DNA of 64,000 nt from Bryobacterales bacterium. Its GTDB lineage: Bacteria > Acidobacteriota > Terriglobia > Bryobacterales > Bryobacteraceae. The translations under genes were made by a program, and so were the position numbers. The notes beneath the pieces are model-generated. The model did not search any database, was not told the DNA's origin, and was given only the letters and a program-made list of their open reading frames with translations. Positions 56,813 to 64,000 of this stretch are shown one piece after another. The stretch spans positions 1,054-65,053 of the forward strand of contig JBDIBK010000003.1 in assembly GCA_039812845.1 (NCBI GenBank), in the 5' to 3' direction. How positions within the stretch are numbered: the stretch's first letter is position 1; each line of letters opens with the position of its first letter.

Positions 56813-58548
56813 CGGCGGTCCTCCGTCAGCCAAGTGCGCAGGATCTGCGCCGCTCCCGCCGGGTCTTTGCTCACCGTATCGATCAGGTGGCCGGTGAGCA
56901 CCTCGCTGTCACTCCGCGGTTTCACCCCCTTGAGCGATGCGAGCGCGGCATTCTCCTTCAATTTCAGGCGCTCCTGCTGCTCCTGAATGAAGGCCTCCAG
57001 GTTCCCGTTGCTGGCGTCAAAGCCGTCTGGAATGGCAATCTCTCCCCCTGTTCCGCGGGGGACGGCATGGGCTGCCCCCGACGCCCCCAGGGCGGGCGGC
57101 GTTGGCACCGCAGTCACTTTGCGGAGCTTCTTCCTCTTCCTCAGCAGCAGGAAACCCGCCATCGGCAGCAGGAGCAGCACCGCGCCGGCGCCCGCGCCCC
57201 AAACCCAGAGCGGCACCCCCTGCGGCAGGAAGGAAAGCCATCCTGGCAGCGGCGAATCCGTTGTCGAACCGGGAGTCGGCGCGACGCCCGGAGGCGGAGG
57301 TTCGGAAATGGTTGCGTCGAAAGGAAGCGCCTCCACCACCAGCTGATCGCCGCGGTCTTCCTGCAGGCCCAGCGCGCCGGTGACGAGTTCCCGGATGCTG
57401 TCGATTGTCTGCTGGCTGGGCGCTTCAAGGATGCGCTTGGCGTCCTTGCCCGAGCCCTCCCATCGCAGTTTGTGGTCCACCAGCACCGCCACGGAAACGC
57501 GCTTGAGCACGCCGCGCGGAACCACCGTGTTTCGAACGGTGCGGCTGGTTTGGAAGTTCACTGCTTCCGACCGGCGCACCACTCCACCCGCCGCCGGGCG
57601 GGCGCCGCCGCCGCTCCTGGGCAGGTTGGAAGCCGTTCCCGGAACTCCCCCGCCGCGGACGCCATTCGCCACGTCCTCCTGCTTCTGGGTGCTCGTCATC
57701 ACCGAGGTTTCCGGGTCGAAGGTTTCCGCGCTCTCGTTCCCGCTGGTCATGTCCAGATCCGCGGAAACATTGGCGCGGTAGCGCCCCGGCCCCAGCAGCG
57801 GATCGAGCGTCGAGCTGAGCTTCGATTCCAGGTCCGCTTCCACTCGATGGCGATACTGAAGAATGGCTTCGGGCGGCTCCTGCCCGTCGTCCCCGTCTTC
57901 CTTCTTGGGGCGGCTGAGCAGGTTGCCGCGCATGTCGATAATCGATACCTGATCCGGCCGCAGCCCCTCCACCGCGCTGGCCACCAGATGCGCGATGGCG
58001 GCCGATTGCTTCGGGTCCATCGTCGCGCCCGGCCGCAGCTTCACCATCACGCTGCCCTTCGCCGGTTCCTTGTTCTCGAGGAAGACGGAGTTCTTCGCGA
58101 AGGTGACATGCACGCGAGCCTGTTCAATGGCCTGAATAGTGCGCAAGCTGCGCTCCAGTTCCCCCTCGATCGCCCGTTTGTAATTGATGTGCTCGGTGAA
58201 ATCGGTCGCGCCGAAGTTGGTTTTGTCGAAGATCTCAAAACCGATGCGGCCGGTTTGCGGCAGGCCTTGCGCGGCCAAGCTCAGGCGCTGTTCCGCCACC
58301 TGCGCGGAGGGCACGGAGATCCGCGTCCCCGCGTCGTTCAAGCGCACCGGAATGCCCGCTTCCTTGAGCCGGGTCACGATCTGCCCGGCCTCTTCGGGGT
58401 TCAGATTGTCGAACAGCGGCTGAAAATCCCGCTCCGTCTGCCATTGAACGAAGGAGTACAGCCCGGCCACCAGCACCACCGCGGCAATGCCGATCACCAG
58501 ACGCTGGCGGAGGCTGAGCTTGGCAAAGAGTTGGAGCAGTTGCGTCAT
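56809..58548 (-). CDS. fliF: Flagellar MS-ring protein FliF
   Basis: N-terminal TM, YscJ/FliF domain (LFDNLNPEEAGQIVTRLKEAGIPVRL...), second TM (WVWGAGAGAVLLLLP), and C-terminal FliG-binding tail. Confidence 0.9.
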   Translation of the reverse strand: MTQLLQLFAKLSLRQRLVIGIAAVVLVAGLYSFVQWQTERDFQPLFDNLNPEEAGQIVTRLKEAGIPVRLNDAGTRISVPSAQVAEQRLSLAAQGLPQTGRIGFEIFDKTNFGATDFTEHINYKRAIEGELERSLRTIQAIEQARVHVTFAKNSVFLENKEPAKGSVMVKLRPGATMDPKQSAAIAHLVASAVEGLRPDQVSIIDMRGNLLSRPKKEDGDDGQEPPEAILQYRHRVEADLESKLSSTLDPLLGPGRYRANVSADLDMTSGNESAETFDPETSVMTSTQKQEDVANGVRGGGVPGTASNLPRSGGGARPAAGGVVRRSEAVNFQTSRTVRNTVVPRGVLKRVSVAVLVDHKLRWEGSGKDAKRILEAPSQQTIDSIRELVTGALGLQEDRGDQLVVEALPFDATISEPPPPGVAPTPGSTTDSPLPGWLSFLPQGVPLWVWGAGAGAVLLLLPMAGFLLLRKRKKLRKVTAVPTPPALGASGAAHAVPRGTGGEIAIPDGFDASNGNLEAFIQEQQERLKLKENAALASLKGVKPRSDSEVLTGHLIDTVSKDPAGAAQILRTWLTEDRR

Positions 58549-58845
58549 AGCGCCTTCACCCGAACGTCCGGCTCCCTAAGCGGCTTCCGGCTCCTCCTCC
58601 GATCGCCTTCGCAATTGCCCCCGAGATCCATAGCCGCCCCGCAATCACACGATGGAGATGTCCCCCGTGCCGGGCTCCCGCCACGCACCGGGCAATTTGC
58701 CGGTGCCTCGAAATCCCACGCGGTTACTCCGTCTCCCGCCCGTTGCGGGTGCCCTGGGGTTTGGCTCCTTACCAGCATTCAAGCGTTTATCGGCGGATGC
58801 GCGAAAGAACTTGAGATGAATCTTGCCGAGATTCGCACGCGAAAT

Positions 58846-59181
58846 CTAAATTTGCATGCGCATGATCTCCTGGTAACCCTGAATGAGCTTGTTTCTTACC
58901 TGCAGCAGCAGCTCAAACGACATCTGGGCCTCCTGCGCCTGAATGGCGACCGTGTGCAATTCCACGTTCTCTCCCCGCAGCAGCTTTTCCCGCAGTTCGC
59001 CCGATGCGCGCGCGCTGTTCTCCACCTTTGCCATCGCGCTTGCGAGTTCCGTGGCGAAAGAGGCTTCGGCGGCATCGCCCGGTCGCTTGGCGCTCCCGGC
59101 CCCACGGGGGGTATTGTTCAGGTTGGCCAGCGCTTCCAGCCCTGCAAGGCCGGAGGCGGCACTGGGAATCGAGGGGATCAT
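58846..59181 (-). CDS. fliE: Flagellar hook-basal body protein FliE
   Basis: Start at MIPSIPS after AAGGAGA. C-terminal HTVAIQAQEAQMSFELLLQVRNKLIQGYQEIMRMQI is the FliE signature. Confidence 0.8.
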   Translation of the reverse strand: MIPSIPSAASGLAGLEALANLNNTPRGAGSAKRPGDAAEASFATELASAMAKVENSARASGELREKLLRGENVELHTVAIQAQEAQMSFELLLQVRNKLIQGYQEIMRMQI

Positions 59182-59293
59182 ACGAAATTCGTCTCCTTTC
59201 GAGCTTGGCGAACGGGGATCTCGGAATACGAACGCGCGCGGCCGCAAAAAGCGCTTTTTCAACGGCGGAGCCGCCCGTCACGAACGGTCTTCC

Positions 59294-59737
59294 CTAAGTG
59301 CGGAAGAGTTCAAGGGAGCGGCGCACCATGTCCTTGGTAACGGTCATGGCCGCGATATTCGCCTCATACGCCCGCGCGGCTCCCTGCAGGTTCACCATCT
59401 CTTCCGCGGGCTGGATGCTGGGATAGGCCACGTAGCCATTGGCGTCCGCATCCGGATGCCCGGGCTGGTAGCGCAGTTCCACGGCTTCCGGGTCTTCCCG
59501 CACTTCGCTTACCGCCACGCCCATCCGCGGCGCGTCCAGCGCGGAGGCAAAAATGTCCTGAAACGAACCGCCCGAAATGGCGCTCGATTCGAAGACCACG
59601 TCCTTGCGCAGATACGGGCCGCCGCCCGGCGTTCGCGTGGTCTCCGCGTTGGCGAGGTTTTCGGCCAGCGCCTGCAGACGCGCGCGCTGGGCATCCATTC
59701 CGGATGCGCTGATCGAGAGAGAATTCATCAGGCTCAT
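59294..59737 (-). CDS. flgC: Flagellar basal-body rod protein FlgC
   Basis: SISASGMDAQRARLQALAENLANAETTRT and C-terminal YVAYPSIQPAEEMVNLQGAARAYEANI. Confidence 0.9.
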   Translation of the reverse strand: MSLMNSLSISASGMDAQRARLQALAENLANAETTRTPGGGPYLRKDVVFESSAISGGSFQDIFASALDAPRMGVAVSEVREDPEAVELRYQPGHPDADANGYVAYPSIQPAEEMVNLQGAARAYEANIAAMTVTKDMVRRSLELFRT

Positions 59738-60105
59738 TAGGAGTTCCCTTCCTTGATCGCGAGGCGAATCGTGCGGTAGCGGCTGGCCAGCAGAGCCGAG
59801 CCCAGCTCAAAGCGCATGGCATTCTCGGCCATCATCCGCGCTTCCCGGTCCAGGCTCACATTGTTCCCGTCGTTGTTCAGCGCGAGGCCCTCCACCTCCG
59901 CGGCGGCGGGCGATGCGGATCGAGGCACGGCCGCGCTGCCCGTCCTCGCGCGGGAGAGCGCGGAAGCGAGTTCGTTCTGGAAATCAATGTCCCGGGTCCG
60001 GTATCCGGGCGTATCGAGGTTGGCGACGTTCGATGCCACCAGTTTCTGGCGGGTGGCGACGAGATCAAGGTAGACTTCAAGCGATTGCGCGACGCGGTCA
60101 ATCAT
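59737..60105 (-). CDS. flgB: Flagellar basal-body rod protein FlgB
   Basis: RQKLVASNVANLDTPGYRTRDIDF rod N-terminal motif. 1-nt TAATG overlap with flgC. Confidence 0.85.
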   Translation of the reverse strand: MIDRVAQSLEVYLDLVATRQKLVASNVANLDTPGYRTRDIDFQNELASALSRARTGSAAVPRSASPAAAEVEGLALNNDGNNVSLDREARMMAENAMRFELGSALLASRYRTIRLAIKEGNS

Positions 60106-60209
60106 GATGCCACAACGGCAGCAATTGTCACACCAATCTGAAATTCACTGAAAACAAGTGGGTTACCGGGGAGGGAAGGAAGACGCGATATCGCCACTGA
60201 CAAGAACTT

Positions 60210-60248
60210 GCCGGGCCGCTCCCGTCACCTGGACGGGAGCGGCCCGGC
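60210..60248 (-). terminator. Very strong hairpin between the PPIase gene and the flagellar operon (candidate terminator/insulator)
   Basis: 17-bp perfect stem GCCGGGCCGCTCCCGTC / GACGGGAGCGGCCCGGC with 5-nt loop ACCTG. The T-tract is poor on both strands. Confidence 0.5.
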
Positions 60249-60329
60249 TTCACCTAAGACTCAAGCATGCGAGACCCGGGGTCCGCGAAACCCTTCACTT
60301 AACGCACAACACCAGGGAAACTGGCGTGC

Positions 60330-61316
60330 TTACTCGCCCGCCGGACCCGCCGGCTTCGCCCCTTCGGGCTCCTGCGCGGCCGCGAAGTACGTGTCGTTCA
60401 GCGTAACGCCCTTCGATTCGGTGAGCGTCTTGAGTTGCTCCCGCGCCACGGCCGGCTTCAATTGCTCCGTGATCTCGTCCTTCACTTCCGGGAGCGTCTT
60501 CGACTTCCGGTTCTCCACCAGAATCAAGTGGTAGCCAAACGCGGTCTTCACCGGGTCGCTCACTTGGCCAATCGCCTGGGTAAAGGCGACATTCTCGAAT
60601 TCAGGGATCATTTGCCCCTTGCCGAACGTGCCCAGGCTTCCGCCGCCCTGGCCGGAACCCGTGTCGTCCGATTCCGCCTTGGCAAGATCTTCGAACTTCT
60701 CCCCGGCGGCGAGGCGCGCCTTCAGGGCCGTTGCCTTGGCCAGCGCCTCTTCCTCGCTCAACTCGGGAGCGTCCTTGCGCGCCGGAACCTGGGAGCCCTT
60801 GAATCGCACCAGAATGTGCCGCGCCGTCACTTCTTCAAACGAATCTTTGTTCTCGTTGTAAAATTTCTCCACCTGCGCGGGGTCCACCCGCGCCTCCCGC
60901 ACCAGCTGCTGATAGAGGAATCCGGCCAGCACATTGTCCCGCTGGTACTTGAGCCGCATCTGCAGCTCCGGCTCGGCGTCCAGCTTGCGCTTCTCCGCTT
61001 CATCCGCCACGGCGAACAGCTCGGCGATCTGCCGGGCGAATTCCCGCTTCTGCGGGCCGCGGGCGGCTGCTTGCAATTGCGGCGGCAGCGCCAGAATCAG
61101 ATTCTCAAATTGCTGCCGCGTAAAGCTTTGCCCGCCCACGCGAAGCACAACGGCATCTGGAGCGACGGCGTCGGCGGGGTCTGGCGGCGCTTTCGCCGCG
61201 GGGGCTGTGGCGGCGGGTGCCGGCGTCGCGGAGGAGGCGGGCGGCGCATCCTGCGCGAATGCAGCCATCGCGCACACGGCCAAGCCGCCGATAAAGAAAG
61301 AGCTTAGTCTCAACAA
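60330..61316 (-). CDS. Peptidyl-prolyl cis-trans isomerase, parvulin/SurA-like, secreted (second paralogue)
   Basis: TTG start 8 nt after AAGGA gives the signal LRLSSFFIGGLAVCAMAAFAQ. PpiC domain ARHILVRFKG...GGSLGTFGKGQMIPEFENVAF...AFGYHLILVENR. The track start at 61427 adds an unsupported 37 aa. Confidence 0.8.
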   Translation of the reverse strand: MLRLSSFFIGGLAVCAMAAFAQDAPPASSATPAPAATAPAAKAPPDPADAVAPDAVVLRVGGQSFTRQQFENLILALPPQLQAAARGPQKREFARQIAELFAVADEAEKRKLDAEPELQMRLKYQRDNVLAGFLYQQLVREARVDPAQVEKFYNENKDSFEEVTARHILVRFKGSQVPARKDAPELSEEEALAKATALKARLAAGEKFEDLAKAESDDTGSGQGGGSLGTFGKGQMIPEFENVAFTQAIGQVSDPVKTAFGYHLILVENRKSKTLPEVKDEITEQLKPAVAREQLKTLTESKGVTLNDTYFAAAQEPEGAKPAGPAGE

Positions 61317-61600
61317 CGGGGGAATCCTTTCGAAATGAGGAGCACTTCCTGTTATTGTCGCAAAGAAGCGCTGCCAGGATAGACGCGCGCCGGGAATCAC
61401 GGGTTTACGCGCGATTCGAAGATCCATCCGGACCGGATCCTTGCCCGAATCGCCCCGGTTTCTCGCACGGAATTTCGAGGCATTCCGGGTGGATGCTCTA
61501 CACTGAGATTGACGCGAGGCGCGTGTCGCCGGACAGCGATGTGGATAACCTTTCGAAGCCTTCCTCCGCGCACTCTCATCTGAACAGACTGGTTAGACGT

Positions 61601-63193
61601 ATGGAATCACACTGCCTGCGACACGATCGCTTACCCGGATCCAGCCGCCTCTTGCTCGATTACGTCTACCGGTTTGAGAATCTCTCGTCGTTTTACACAT
61701 ACGCCCCCTTCGATCCCGATTCGCCGCGGCGTGCCGCGGAAGCCATCCGTTTCCCTTCCGAACGGCGTCGCGGCATTGTCCAAGCGCTCGCCGCGCTGAA
61801 CCCGGAGTCTCCGCTGCTTGCGAAGCTCGCGAGCGAGGGGACCGTCGCGGTCGCCACCGGGCAGCAAGTGGGGTATCTGGGCGGCCCCGCCTATACCGTC
61901 TATAAAGCGCTGACCGCAATTCGCGTGGCGGAAACCCTGGAGGCGGCGGGCATCCCCTCCGTGCCCGTGTTTTGGCTCGCCAGCGAAGACCATGACCTCG
62001 AAGAGGTCGATCACGCCTGGCTCTTCGACGGCTGCCGGGAACCGCTGCGATACCAGGCAAGGGCCGGCGCGACAGACCGCGAGCCGCACGCCTCACGGCC
62101 GGTGGGGTCGCTTCCCATCCCCCCGCTGCGCCGCGAAGAGTTGGAGCGGGCGTTCGCCGATCTGCCCTTTGGAGCGATGGCCGCCGCGGTCGCCGAGGAG
62201 ACCTACCGGGAAGGCCGGACCTACGCCCAAGCTTTCCGTGCGCTTCTGGAGCGCCTGCTCGGGAGCCACCGGATGCTCTTTCTCGATCCCCTCGCCGAGG
62301 AGATTCGCGCTCTCGCCGCGCCCCTGCTGGCACGGGCCGTTGAACAATTCCCGCTGCTTTCCACACGGGCTATCGAGCGCGGCGTCGCTCTCGAAAAAGC
62401 CGGCTATCACACGCAAGTGCATCTGGAAGCGGAGACCTCCTTCTTTTTTCTGCTGAGCGAAGGCGAGCGGCTGAGCCTGAAAGCGCGCAACGGCGGGTTT
62501 TCAAACGGCAAACACGCGTGGAGCCCGGCGGAACTTGCCGCGAGTGCCGCTTCGATCTCGCCCAACGCGCTGCTGCGGCCCGTCTTGCAGGATTACTTGC
62601 TCCCCACGGCCTGCCTGGTTGGCGGAGCCGCCGAAATTGCGTATCTGGCCCAATCGGCACCGCTCTATGAGGAGTTGCTCGGGCGGGAACCGGTGTTTCT
62701 GCCGCGCAACGGCTTCACCCTGGTCGATGGGAAGGCCGCGCGCAATCTCGATCGCTACGGGCTCACCATCCCGGATTGCTTCACCACGGGTGAGGCATTC
62801 GAGGAACGCCTGGGCCGCACGCGCATTCCCGCCGAACTGAAGAGCACCATGGCGAGTTCCGTGAGTGAGGCGGAAGCGTTGCTCAATCGGTTGCGCCGGG
62901 AACTGCTGGCGTTCGATCCCACGCTCGCGGCCGCGGCCGAGCGAAGCAGAACGCGCGTGCTCTATCAGTTCCAGAAACTGGAGCGCAAGACCGCCCGCGA
63001 AGCGGCACGCCGCGAAGGCCGCGCGCGCGCCGATGCGCACTACCTGAGCGGCCTCCTCTACCCAGGGAAGCATCTGCAGGAACGAGTCTATTCCTTCCTG
63101 CCATTTCTGGCCGCGCACGGCGACGGCCTCGTGGATTTCATTTACTCGCGCACCCACGACCATTGCCAGGATCATCACGTGCTGCTCGTGTAG
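61601..63193 (+). CDS. bshC: Bacillithiol biosynthesis cysteine-adding enzyme BshC
   Basis: Start at MESHCLRHDRLPG. The hallmark VATGQQVGYLGGPAYTVYKALTAIRVAE and VFWLASEDHDLEEV motifs are present. About 530 aa, as expected for BshC. Confidence 0.8.
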   Translation: MESHCLRHDRLPGSSRLLLDYVYRFENLSSFYTYAPFDPDSPRRAAEAIRFPSERRRGIVQALAALNPESPLLAKLASEGTVAVATGQQVGYLGGPAYTVYKALTAIRVAETLEAAGIPSVPVFWLASEDHDLEEVDHAWLFDGCREPLRYQARAGATDREPHASRPVGSLPIPPLRREELERAFADLPFGAMAAAVAEETYREGRTYAQAFRALLERLLGSHRMLFLDPLAEEIRALAAPLLARAVEQFPLLSTRAIERGVALEKAGYHTQVHLEAETSFFFLLSEGERLSLKARNGGFSNGKHAWSPAELAASAASISPNALLRPVLQDYLLPTACLVGGAAEIAYLAQSAPLYEELLGREPVFLPRNGFTLVDGKAARNLDRYGLTIPDCFTTGEAFEERLGRTRIPAELKSTMASSVSEAEALLNRLRRELLAFDPTLAAAAERSRTRVLYQFQKLERKTAREAARREGRARADAHYLSGLLYPGKHLQERVYSFLPFLAAHGDGLVDFIYSRTHDHCQDHHVLLV

Positions 63194-63317
63194 AACAGCC
63201 GTCCCCGCCCCTCATTGCGTCAGCTTCGTCCCCGGCCATTTGCGGCACTCTGGTATGATTTTTCACACACCCGCGCCGCGGACCGCCGTGATCGGGATTC
63301 CGTTTGGGAGACTCTGA

Positions 63318-64000
63318 ATGAGCCATAACCGCAGAACCTTCTTGCAGTCCGCCGGAGCGTCCTCCGTGCTCTCCGGCGCCCTTTCCTCCACCGCTTCCGC
63401 GCAAACGGCGTCACCCGCGGCCAAACCGGGAGGCACGCAGGCACAGCACTTCGTGCGAATCGCTCACGGCGGCGCGAAGCACTACGGATTGCTCGAAGGC
63501 GACCGGGTGCGCCTCCTCGCGGGGGGCTTGTTCGGAGACCGCCGCCCCACCGGACAGGCAGTGCCGCTGAAAGGCGCAAAGCTCCTGGTCCCCTGCGAAC
63601 CGAAGCAGGTGATCGCCTGCGGGCTCAACTATCGCAGCCATCTGGCCGGCGCGCCCGTCCCCACGCGGCCGGAGATCTTCTTTAAGTCCATTTCCTGCCT
63701 GCAGAATCCCGGCGATCCCATTCTGATTCCCCCCGGCGCGAAGAACGTGCACTTCGAGGCCGAGATTGTGATCGTGGTGGGCAAGCAGATCCGGAACGCC
63801 ACGCGCGCCCAGGCCGAGGCCGCCATCTTCGGCGTCACCTGCGGCAACGACGTTTCCGAGCGCGATTGGCAGGGCGGGCCGGACAAGGACCTGCAGTGGT
63901 GGCGCGCGAAAGGCGCGGCTACGTTCGGGCCGCTCGGGCCGTCCATCGCCCGCGGAGTGAACTACGGCAACCTGCTCGTGCAAATGCGCCTCAACGGCAA
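63318..64000 (+). CDS. Fumarylacetoacetate hydrolase (FAH)-family protein with Tat-type signal, 3' end outside window
   Basis: Not in the ORF track because no stop is reached. Hand translation gives MSHNRRTFLQSAGASSVLSGAL... then GLNYRSHLAG...EIFFKS...HFEAEIVIVVGK...GVTCGNDVSERDWQ, which are FAH-fold motifs. Confidence 0.8.
   Translation, partial: MSHNRRTFLQSAGASSVLSGALSSTASAQTASPAAKPGGTQAQHFVRIAHGGAKHYGLLEGDRVRLLAGGLFGDRRPTGQAVPLKGAKLLVPCEPKQVIACGLNYRSHLAGAPVPTRPEIFFKSISCLQNPGDPILIPPGAKNVHFEAEIVIVVGKQIRNATRAQAEAAIFGVTCGNDVSERDWQGGPDKDLQWWRAKGAATFGPLGPSIARGVNYGNLLVQMRLNG

Noticed and set aside
58545-58778. 77-aa minus-strand ORF in the fliE-fliF spacer whose TGA overlaps the fliF ATG (ATGA), suggesting a coupled small flagellar protein.
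   Set aside because: The composition is Arg/Gly/Pro/Cys-rich and there is no RBS. It has no similarity to any flagellar component I know. The ATGA overlap is easily fortuitous.
56887-59340. 817-aa plus-strand ORF, the longest unexplained ORF in the track. Similar long ORFs lie at 8727-10721 (664 aa), 50974-52605, 25070-26488, 44422-45924 and 27180-28625.
   Set aside because: All lie exactly antisense to genes with strong family signatures. They are Arg/Gly/Ala/Pro-rich with no recognisable motifs, as expected for shadow ORFs in high-GC DNA. This one even runs across two intergenic spacers.
63249-63262. Extended -10-like TGGTATGAT upstream of the FAH-family gene.
   Set aside because: It is plausible, but there is no matching -35 element and no way to verify it from sequence alone, so it is not listed as a feature.

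Overview
GC-rich bacterial chromosomal segment with about 55 protein-coding genes, 2 tRNA genes, and no rRNA, CRISPR array or intact IS element or integrase. The gene content suggests an Acidobacteriota-like organism, but this is inference only. That content includes two very large TonB-dependent receptors with N-terminal carboxypeptidase-regulatory-like domains, GH172/DUF2961, an ECF42-type sigma factor with a DGPF partner, BshC and a flagellar operon.

Layout:
- 1-7.6 kb: housekeeping and envelope genes (M20 amidohydrolase, cyaY, hemW, Rrf2 regulator + cysK, GT9 heptosyltransferase, DsbD-N-like, TlpA, SurA-like PPIase).
- 8.5-11.6 kb: stand-alone TonB receptor.
- 11971-12295: tRNA-Leu(UAA) gene interrupted by a 236-nt group I self-splicing intron. 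This is the strongest finding.
- 12.3-17.6 kb: decayed accessory island abutting that tRNA (gene remnants, two toxin-antitoxin modules, orphan proteins).
- 17.9-30.1 kb: seven co-oriented, mostly closely spaced genes (gaps 2-181 nt) forming a TetR-led uptake and hydrolase cluster (TonB receptor, GH172, amidohydrolase fusion, CocE/NonD, FucP-like MFS, DUF4832-like).
- 30.2-31.3 kb: tRNA-Asp followed by a TacA/TacT-like module.
- 31.6-53.2 kb: core metabolism and envelope genes (eno, YciI + ECF42 sigma, ybaK, PLP transsulfuration enzyme, DnaC-like ATPase, ackA, orphan nuoI + Nox/CoADR-like flavoprotein, STAS, OmpR regulator, DUF1624, LolA-like, DUF4139-like, yjbQ, beta-barrel/receiver/POTRA trio, M28 peptidase).
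- 53.1-60.1 kb: minus-strand flagellar operon flgB-flgC-fliE-fliF-fliG-fliH-fliI-fliJ.
- 60.3-64 kb: second PPIase, bshC and a 3'-truncated FAH-family gene.

Many long ORFs in the six-frame track are antisense shadows of real genes, as expected in high-GC DNA. All product calls come from recognised motifs read by eye. No database search was run.
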